From positions 1 to 53,983 of the IMG/VR virus record IMGVR_UViG_3300032313_001579: a stretch of 53,983 nt of DNA; one strand, 5' to 3'. The position numbers were made by a program, and so were the translations under genes. A model generated the notes under the pieces. That model was not told where the DNA came from. It did no database searches and saw only the letters and a list, made by a program, of their open reading frames with translations. The DNA is from a virus. Lineage: Duplodnaviria > Caudoviricetes. This document shows, piece by piece, positions 47,176 through 53,983 of the stretch (within the stretch, counting starts at the first letter, position 1; the number at the start of each line of letters is the position of its first letter).

Positions 47176-48234
47176 ATGGGCAAACCATTTGACATAAGCA
47201 AGTTCCGCAAGGACATCACAAAAAGTATCGAAGGTCTGAGCATTGGATTTAATGATCCAACTGACTGGATTTCAACAGGCAACTTTGCCTTGAATTATCT
47301 CATCTCAGGAGACTTTAACAAAGGTATTCCTCTGGGCAAGATCACAGTGTTTGCCGGCGAGTCCGGTGCAGGCAAAAGTTATATTTGTTCTGGCAACATT
47401 GTCAAGAACGCACAAGAGCAAGGCATCTTTGTTATCCTAGTTGATACAGAAAACGCACTTGATGAAACATGGCTACACGCACTTGGCGTAGACACAGGCC
47501 CAGACAAATTGCTTAAATTAAACATGAGTATGATTGATGACGTGGCCAAAGCTATTTCAACATTCATGATTGATTATAAGGCCTTGCCCGACGGCGAGCG
47601 CATGAAGGTGTTGTGGGTTATCGACTCGTTGGGCATGTTATTGACCCCAACTGATGTAAACCAATTTGAAGCCGGTGACATGAAAGGTGATATGGGTCGT
47701 AAACCCAAGGCACTTACAAGTCTTGTTCGCAACTCAGTCAATATGTTTGGTGGCTACAACGTTGGAATGGTCTGTACCAACCACACATACGCAAGTCAAG
47801 ACATGTTTGATCCTGATGATAAAATATCAGGCGGTCAGGGCTTTATCTATGCGTCAAGTATTGTTGTGGCCATGAAGAAGATGAAACTCAAAGAAGACGA
47901 GGATGGCAACAAGATCTCTGAAGTCATGGGCATCCGTGCCGGTTGTAAGGTAATGAAAACACGCTATGCCAAACCTTTTGAAGGTATGCAGGTCAAGATT
48001 CCGTACGAAACAGGTATGAATCCCTACAGCGGATTGACTGATCTGGCCGAAAAGAAAGGCCTGCTCAAGAAAGATGGTAATCGACTCATGTTTGTGACTT
48101 CAGATGGCGAGATCATCAAACAGTTCCGCAAGGCCTGGGAAAGCAATGAAGAAGGTTGCTTGGACAAGGTCATGGCCGATTTTGCAAATCAAAAAGAAAC
48201 GGTAAGTACTGAAGAAACAGCCTCGGAGGAATAA
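47176..48234 (+). CDS. uvsX: RecA-like recombinase UvsX
   Basis: GIPLGKITVFAGESGAGKS Walker A, VDTENA, VIDSLGML, TNHTY, SGGQG. Confidence 0.95.
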   Translation: MGKPFDISKFRKDITKSIEGLSIGFNDPTDWISTGNFALNYLISGDFNKGIPLGKITVFAGESGAGKSYICSGNIVKNAQEQGIFVILVDTENALDETWLHALGVDTGPDKLLKLNMSMIDDVAKAISTFMIDYKALPDGERMKVLWVIDSLGMLLTPTDVNQFEAGDMKGDMGRKPKALTSLVRNSVNMFGGYNVGMVCTNHTYASQDMFDPDDKISGGQGFIYASSIVVAMKKMKLKEDEDGNKISEVMGIRAGCKVMKTRYAKPFEGMQVKIPYETGMNPYSGLTDLAEKKGLLKKDGNRLMFVTSDGEIIKQFRKAWESNEEGCLDKVMADFANQKETVSTEETASEE

Positions 48235-48237
48235 CGG

Positions 48238-48486
48238 ATGTCGGTAGAATTAAGCAAAGAAATTTGGGACGAACTCAAGCGTTATGTTAATCCACAAGAT
48301 CGTGGTGACGCCGCAGAAACATTGGTCAGTGTGTTGATTGACAACGATGCGTCAGCTGACGAAATTCGAAACACATTCAAGGGAGACACCGAAGTCAAGC
48401 ATGCTTTGGCCAGTTATCTTAAAGATCACGAAGAAGATGAAGAGATAGACGAGTACGATGAAGACGAAGAAGACGAAGACTACTAA
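48238..48486 (+). CDS. Small acidic hypothetical protein
   Basis: 82 aa with a poly-D/E tail and SD GGAGG. Confidence 0.7.
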   Translation: MSVELSKEIWDELKRYVNPQDRGDAAETLVSVLIDNDASADEIRNTFKGDTEVKHALASYLKDHEEDEEIDEYDEDEEDEDY

Positions 48487-49652
48487 TGCCTCAATCAACT
48501 TCGGGTGACTTCTATTGTAGTGAAAAATTTACTTGGCTTTCTGTTGATTTAGAAAAACGTCAAACTTTTTCGTGTTGTGCTGCCCGTCCTGCCCAGATAG
48601 ATATTACCTGGATCAAGCAACACCCTGGTCAGCTGTTTAATACTCCGGTACTACAGAAAGAACGAGAACAGATGTTGCTGAATCAGCCGGTTGTCAGTTG
48701 TGAGGAAGTTTGCTGGAAACCTGAGCAGGCAAATTTAATAAGTCGTCGTCAGATGTTGAAAAGTCAGTCTCGCACACACGTTAACATTGATGTGGTTACG
48801 CCAGAAAAACTCAATATAGTATTGGGGTCAACTTGTAATCTGACTTGTTCTTATTGTTGCAAAAATTACAGTTCAGCCTGGCTGAGAGATATTGCCAATC
48901 ATGGCGCATACTTGGATCAGGAAAGGTTCCAAATTAACAACAAAGACCGGTTAGTTATACAAATAAGCCAAAAAGAACATCAGGAATCTAATGGCTTCCA
49001 AATATTGTTGACCGAAATACAAAGCTTCTCGGATGTTAAAGAGATCTATATTTCTGGTGGCGAACCGTTTCTGTACAATAACTTGCCAGATTTATTAAAT
49101 CAATTGGGCAGTCGCTCTGCTAATATAACCTGTTATACTGGATTGGGTGTAGATCCTACACGTTTTTCTGCCCAGCTGAAAAAAATTAAAAATAAGGATA
49201 GATTAACCATTGCTGTTAGTGGAGAAACTTGCAACCAACTTTATGAATTCAATCGTTATGGCAATACCTGGGACAATTTTCTTGTCAATGTCAGAGAATT
49301 ACAAACACAAGGATTCAATTATCAATTTTCTTCGGTACTTAGCAATTTGACTATTTTTGGATTGCTTGATTTTGTTAAACTTTTTGCCGACAAAGAAATT
49401 AAACACCAGTTTTGCGCAGTACCAGATTTTCTCAATGTAAACGTGTTGGACGACGTCAGCAAGAGCAAGTTAAAAATTGCGTTGCAGGAAAGTAATTTAT
49501 CATTTAAACAAGAAGTGTACAATACCATATCCCAGCCCTGCACCGATCAACAAAGAAAAGAGCTGTCAATATATGTGAAAGAATTTGCCAGAAGAAGAGA
49601 TCTGAGTCTGAACATATATCCAGAACATTTTCTGTCCTGGATCGAATATTGA
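48486..49652 (+). CDS. Radical SAM enzyme with N-terminal twitch-like domain
   Basis: FYCSEKF...SCC...CEEVCW then CNLTCSYC, SGGEPFL, EFNRYG; AT-rich. Confidence 0.9.
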   Translation: MPQSTSGDFYCSEKFTWLSVDLEKRQTFSCCAARPAQIDITWIKQHPGQLFNTPVLQKEREQMLLNQPVVSCEEVCWKPEQANLISRRQMLKSQSRTHVNIDVVTPEKLNIVLGSTCNLTCSYCCKNYSSAWLRDIANHGAYLDQERFQINNKDRLVIQISQKEHQESNGFQILLTEIQSFSDVKEIYISGGEPFLYNNLPDLLNQLGSRSANITCYTGLGVDPTRFSAQLKKIKNKDRLTIAVSGETCNQLYEFNRYGNTWDNFLVNVRELQTQGFNYQFSSVLSNLTIFGLLDFVKLFADKEIKHQFCAVPDFLNVNVLDDVSKSKLKIALQESNLSFKQEVYNTISQPCTDQQRKELSIYVKEFARRRDLSLNIYPEHFLSWIEY

Positions 49653-49681
49653 TATGAATGTATTATTGGAGAAACTAAAGT

Positions 49682-50134
49682 ATGTGGTATAGCAAGATTG
49701 TGGCCAGTTTGGGAAATATCCCAGATTTTCTTGCCTATTATGAACAGGAACTAGAGTCGGCCAAGGCTGACTGTCGCATCGGTGGCCTGGTAGAAAAAAA
49801 TATCACGGCTTTGCCCGGTATCACTGAGCACAGATTTAACCAGCTACAAGAGATAGAAGCAGTGCTGAACTATCTCAATATACAACTAAGAAAAATACGC
49901 AGAAGGCATTTTCAAAAGTATCTGGAAGGTTATGCTAGAGCCCTGACCAGCAGAGACGCAGAAAAATATGTGGATGGTGAAGATGAAGTGATTGATTTTG
50001 AAACTATCATAAATGAAGTGGCTCTGTTGCGTAATCGCTGGCTGGGAATTATGAAAGCCATGGAAAGCAAGAACTTTATGCTGGGCCATGTGGTAAGATT
50101 GCGGGCAGCCGGCATGGAAGACATACAAGTATGA
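49682..50134 (+). CDS. uvsY: Recombination mediator UvsY-like
   Basis: Helical; YLEGYARALTSRDAEKYVDGE...GIMKAMESKNFML; located near uvsX. Confidence 0.8.
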   Translation: MWYSKIVASLGNIPDFLAYYEQELESAKADCRIGGLVEKNITALPGITEHRFNQLQEIEAVLNYLNIQLRKIRRRHFQKYLEGYARALTSRDAEKYVDGEDEVIDFETIINEVALLRNRWLGIMKAMESKNFMLGHVVRLRAAGMEDIQV

Positions 50135-50886
50135 AGTTTGTACATCCTGGTGACAGCCATTGTCATAGTCTGCAGGTGTTAAACGCCTTGTATGAATACG
50201 ACGATTTTATGGCCAGTATCAGAAGCATGGTAGATCTAGGGTGTGGTGCAGGTGATGATTTGATATGGTGGGCCACAGCCACCACCCGAGACGAAGTGCC
50301 TGAACCCTTGAATATACGCTGTTACGGTATAGATGTAGTACCGGCCCCCAACTCCATCAAACCATATCTCAACATAGCCTATCAACAAGGCAGTTTTGAA
50401 GAAACCATAGTTCCACATCCTGGTGGATTTGATGTGTTATGGTGTCACGATGCGTTTCAGTATGCTATTAATCCCTTACAGACCTTGAGTCAGTGGTGGC
50501 ACATGGCCAGCCCAGGCGGCATGCTGGTGCTGAGTGTACCCCAGACTATACTGACGCAACGTGGGCAACTGGCCTACTATCTTAATTCCCACAGTTACTA
50601 TCATCACACCATGGTCAGCCTGATGCACATGCTGGCCACCTCGGGTTGGGACTGCCGATCTGGTTTTTTCCGGCAGGCACATGCTGATCTCTGGATCCAT
50701 GCTGTGGTTTACAAAAGCTCGCATGCGCCGCAGGATGCCAAAACAACTACCTGGCATGAGTTGTCTGAACTTGGACTCCTGCCCGAATCAGCAGACCGTA
50801 GCATTTATGCGCATGGCTATTTGCGGCAACAAGATCTTATTTTGCCCTGGGTAGACAAAAGCCTTGCATCCATGGCACAACTATAA
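50131..50886 (+). CDS. Class I SAM-dependent methyltransferase
   Basis: MVDLGCGAG, FDVLWCHDAFQY, PGGMLVL. Confidence 0.85.
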   Translation: MKFVHPGDSHCHSLQVLNALYEYDDFMASIRSMVDLGCGAGDDLIWWATATTRDEVPEPLNIRCYGIDVVPAPNSIKPYLNIAYQQGSFEETIVPHPGGFDVLWCHDAFQYAINPLQTLSQWWHMASPGGMLVLSVPQTILTQRGQLAYYLNSHSYYHHTMVSLMHMLATSGWDCRSGFFRQAHADLWIHAVVYKSSHAPQDAKTTTWHELSELGLLPESADRSIYAHGYLRQQDLILPWVDKSLASMAQL

Positions 50887-50889
50887 CCC

Positions 50890-51663
50890 ATGACCTGGAT
50901 CCTGCCCCCGCTAGAAGGTACCAGGTCACAAGGCCAACGCATGATCTATGTCAGCAGTGACATGGTCTATTACGATCTTTATGTGCGTCCCTTGATACAT
51001 AGCGTAGTGCGCCAGATTCCATGGATACATGTACATGTGCATCTGATCTTGGATCAGGCACCGCCCACAGATCTTGAAGCCCACGAACGTGTGACTCACA
51101 GCTGGGAAATACTAACGCCCCAGTTCATAGATGCCATGCCCATGTCTGCCAGCACGTCCAGGAATGAGATGAACATGCGCATGCTTAAGACCACGAATCT
51201 GACGGAAATCAAAAAAAAGATCTACTACAGTTGTGCCAGATTCTTGCGCATGGCCGAACTGTTTGGTCCAGATCAACAGGTCCTACAGATTGATGCGGAT
51301 ACCATCTTGCAGGGAGCTTTTGCTCCTGAAGAATTTGACTCAATTACTCGGTCTCCTAGGGCCATGCGCAAACCCAAAGATCCTGGCACCTTGATTGCCA
51401 GTTGCATTGGTCTAGGCACAGGGTCGTCGGGTCAGCAGTTCCGTGAACACTTCCGTGATCTGTTGCTGGCCACTTTTGATCGTGGTGCCTATTGGTTCAT
51501 GGATCAAGACTGTCTGCGTGAAGCGTTTCGAAACATAGAATTTGAAACCATTGATATATTATGGTGCAGTTGGGGCAACAAGCGTGGCATGCGTTTCTTC
51601 ACCGGCAAAGGCGACAAAAAATATCAGTCTGACTTTGTAAACAAGGTAGAATCGTGGCGTTGA
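50890..51663 (+). CDS. GT-A-fold glycosyltransferase-like protein
   Basis: YYSCARF, LQIDAD (DXD), WFMDQ, FFTGKG. Confidence 0.65.
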   Translation: MTWILPPLEGTRSQGQRMIYVSSDMVYYDLYVRPLIHSVVRQIPWIHVHVHLILDQAPPTDLEAHERVTHSWEILTPQFIDAMPMSASTSRNEMNMRMLKTTNLTEIKKKIYYSCARFLRMAELFGPDQQVLQIDADTILQGAFAPEEFDSITRSPRAMRKPKDPGTLIASCIGLGTGSSGQQFREHFRDLLLATFDRGAYWFMDQDCLREAFRNIEFETIDILWCSWGNKRGMRFFTGKGDKKYQSDFVNKVESWR

Positions 51664-52232
51664 AGGGTTACGTCATACGCCTAGAATCACATGAACTCAG
51701 CGAGGCCTGGAGTCTGCATGCCATGACCACGGGCCAAGACCACGGTTGGGATTTGTCTTATTGGCCCGGTGTGGATGGACGTACCACCGATCTAGCACAA
51801 CATGGTATTGACATCTATCAAGGTCACAAAAAATGTGTTCGGTACATGTCTCGCCCTGGCACACAGGGTTGTTTTCTTAGTCATTGGCAACTGTGGAATC
51901 AGTGTGTGCACCAAGATGAACCCATGGCCATCTTTGAACATGACGTGGAGTTTGTACGTGGTCCTCTCATGACGTTGCTCGACACAGACGTGATCAAATT
52001 GGAAGGTTTCCGTCCCAGCAAGCCCATCGCCGCTGGACAGTGGTGGGAAGGCGCTAGGGCCTACGTGATCTCTCCGCAGGGCGCCAGCAAGATCCTTGCT
52101 TGGGTCAACAAACATGGAGCCATGCCTGCGGACTGGATGCTGTGTGACGGCATAGTGAATGTGTCACACAATCAGCAAGGTCTGGTTCGGGTTAGACAAA
52201 ACGCTTTCAGTTTTACCAGAGACCTAGCATGA
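51654..52232 (+). CDS. Glycosyltransferase family 25-like
   Basis: GVDG, GCFLSHWQLW, IFEHD, GARAYVISPQGASKIL, PADW. Confidence 0.85.
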   Translation: MALKGYVIRLESHELSEAWSLHAMTTGQDHGWDLSYWPGVDGRTTDLAQHGIDIYQGHKKCVRYMSRPGTQGCFLSHWQLWNQCVHQDEPMAIFEHDVEFVRGPLMTLLDTDVIKLEGFRPSKPIAAGQWWEGARAYVISPQGASKILAWVNKHGAMPADWMLCDGIVNVSHNQQGLVRVRQNAFSFTRDLA

Positions 52233-53029
52233 GTCGCAGAATGATTTACCAGGTGTATGTGGGCGAGACCAGTGCCTTGTATGATCGGTGCATAGCTTCA
52301 GTTGCAACCTATTGTGATCGCTATGATATCACACACATCATACAGCGTGAACCTATTTTACGCATCAGACCAGACATGACTCGTACTCTGCGCAGCCGTG
52401 AAGCAGTGGAACGATTGGGTTATCTGCCCATATTTGAAAAAGAAAATGCATTTGCCTATCTGGATCAATATGACCAGATAGCCATCATAGACAGCGACAT
52501 CCTGATTCGAAACACTGCACCCAACATCTTTGATCATTTGCCTACAACTCTGGCCTTTGGGGCCGTGGCTGAAAGAGACCTGCCCTGCACCGCCAAACAT
52601 GCATCAAAGATCACCAAGTATAGCCATGCGGCCTTTGATCAGTTGACCGACGTGGACTGGGTATGGGGTGATTGGGGTGCCGAATTTTACAACATGGGCA
52701 TGATGGTCATCAACTCAGCCGTGTTCGCTCCATATCTTTTAGGGCAGACTCCGGCTGAATTCTTGGCCAGACCCGAGTTCAAAGATTTTATAGACGGCAT
52801 GGGCTATTTCCGCTGGAGCACAGATCAGATGCTGTTGAACTGGTGGGTGAAAAAAACTGGCATGCCCAGGAAGAATCTGGACTGGCGCTGGAATGCTCTG
52901 TACAAGGCTGTCACAGATGACAGCTTGCCAGATGCACACTTTGTGCATTTCTTTCTCAAAGATCTCTTGCCAGCCCGTGGTGAAAACGTTGACCAACTCA
53001 TGCAACTTGTCGGCGAATCTGCAAGCTAA
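52229..53029 (+). CDS. GT8/GT-A-like glycosyltransferase
   Basis: AIIDSDI (DXD), YNMGMMVIN, DQMLLN, RWNAL, HFVHF. Confidence 0.8.
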   Translation: MSRRMIYQVYVGETSALYDRCIASVATYCDRYDITHIIQREPILRIRPDMTRTLRSREAVERLGYLPIFEKENAFAYLDQYDQIAIIDSDILIRNTAPNIFDHLPTTLAFGAVAERDLPCTAKHASKITKYSHAAFDQLTDVDWVWGDWGAEFYNMGMMVINSAVFAPYLLGQTPAEFLARPEFKDFIDGMGYFRWSTDQMLLNWWVKKTGMPRKNLDWRWNALYKAVTDDSLPDAHFVHFFLKDLLPARGENVDQLMQLVGESAS

Positions 53030-53032
53030 ATA
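53027..53032 (+). promoter_or_regulatory. Late promoter TAAATA
   Basis: Overlaps the GT stop codon, upstream of the methyltransferase pair. Confidence 0.6.
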
Positions 53033-53057
53033 ATATACACATATTATAAAGGATCTC

Positions 53058-53630
53058 ATGGGCGGCAATGACAAATACATGCGTAAATATTACCCTGATG
53101 CTTTGCCTACCAAGGTACAGGGTCGGGTCATAACTGAAATGCGCACAGTGGCCGCGGACACACCGCCTGGATGTTTCATGGAAGTGGGAGTGTACCAAGG
53201 CGGAACTGCCTGGCACCTGTGTGAAGTGGCAAAGAAACAGGATCGGCAGGTATTCTTGTATGACACCTTTGAAGGCATACCATTCAAGGACGACATAGAC
53301 CATCATGATGTGGGCGACTTCAGTGACACAGACTATGACACCGTGAAATCACGACTGCCCTATGCCACAGTGATCAAAGGCACGTTTCCTGACAGTGCCG
53401 TGCCCATGCCGCCCATAGCGTTTGCACACATTGACTGTGATCAGTATCGTGCCATACGACAAAGTGTGGCTCATGTGTTGCCCTTGATGGTACCCGGAGG
53501 CATTATCTGGTTTGACGATGTGGTTGACTGGATACCCGGAACCATGCAGGCCATCAAGGAAATGTTTGGCGATCAATATGTGGTCAGTGACACCAAAAAA
53601 GTCTATGTTAAAATACCCGGTACACAGTAA
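53058..53630 (+). CDS. TylF/MycF-family O-methyltransferase
   Basis: MEVGVYQGGT, LYDTFEG, IKGTF, AHIDCDQY, PGGIIWFDD. Confidence 0.9.
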   Translation: MGGNDKYMRKYYPDALPTKVQGRVITEMRTVAADTPPGCFMEVGVYQGGTAWHLCEVAKKQDRQVFLYDTFEGIPFKDDIDHHDVGDFSDTDYDTVKSRLPYATVIKGTFPDSAVPMPPIAFAHIDCDQYRAIRQSVAHVLPLMVPGGIIWFDDVVDWIPGTMQAIKEMFGDQYVVSDTKKVYVKIPGTQ

Positions 53631-53983
53631 TGAAAATATATCAATATGCTAATCACGACGAGTATGTGGCCGCACAGATTGAAGCTAATGTGCGCAAGAT
53701 CAAAAATGTCTGGGTGGATCGACACACCATTGTAACCATAGCGGCCAGACATGATCAAGCGAAGGATATACTGTGTCATGGTACCAGAAATGCCACAGAA
53801 CAACGATATTTTTTAGAGTCATTCCCGCAAGCCAAAATCATAGGCACAGAGATCAGTCCTACGGCTGACCAGTTTCCCATGACTGTGCAGTGGGACTTCC
53901 ATGAAGTCAACGCCGACTGGACTGGACGCATGGACATAGTGTACAGCAATGCAATAGATCACTCTTATGATCCGGTATTGGCC
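53630..53983 (+). CDS. SAM-dependent methyltransferase-like protein (3'-truncated by window)
   Basis: TAATG-coupled open frame to window end, absent from the ORF track: MKIYQY...ILCHGTRNA...IGTEIS...WDFH...DIVYSNAIDHSYDP. Confidence 0.7.
   Translation, partial: MKIYQYANHDEYVAAQIEANVRKIKNVWVDRHTIVTIAARHDQAKDILCHGTRNATEQRYFLESFPQAKIIGTEISPTADQFPMTVQWDFHEVNADWTGRMDIVYSNAIDHSYDPVLA

Noticed and set aside
41771-48234. Introns or inteins in terminase or UvsX
   Set aside because: Lengths (520 and 352 aa) and motif spacing are normal; no splice-junction motifs seen.
1-53983. Stop-codon reassignment
   Set aside because: Core genes are full length in the standard code, and TAA, TAG and TGA all end genes at sensible boundaries.

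Overview
This window is a 54-kb segment of a large T4-superfamily-like myovirus genome (lytic phage, no host-like genes). In order it carries: a head module (acidic core protein, gp21 protease, gp22 scaffold, gp23 major capsid); about 13 kb of Gly/Asn/Thr-rich fibre-like genes with 17/23-aa repeats; neck and tail genes (gp13, gp14, gp15, gp18, gp19); gp4; a cluster of putative capsid-internal proteins; terminase; gp32, UvsX and UvsY; and a terminal glycosyl-/methyltransferase cluster. Nineteen TAAATA late-promoter boxes and four sigma70-type promoters are readable, and many imply leaderless mRNAs. The most interesting inferred signals are: (1) a dispersed, partly late-expressed modification toolkit (TPR-glycosyltransferase, two Maf-like proteins bracketing the fibre genes, three radical SAM enzymes, a 2OG oxygenase, GT25/GT8-like enzymes, methyltransferases) suggesting a virion-decoration system; (2) capsid-targeted proteins and a protease-punctuated polyprotein; (3) a riboswitch-like structured leader; (4) an apparent ATC start codon for gp15; (5) a repeat-bearing gp32 leader. 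All family calls come from motif recognition by eye, without database searches. No tRNA, rRNA, CRISPR array, integrase or reverse transcriptase was seen.
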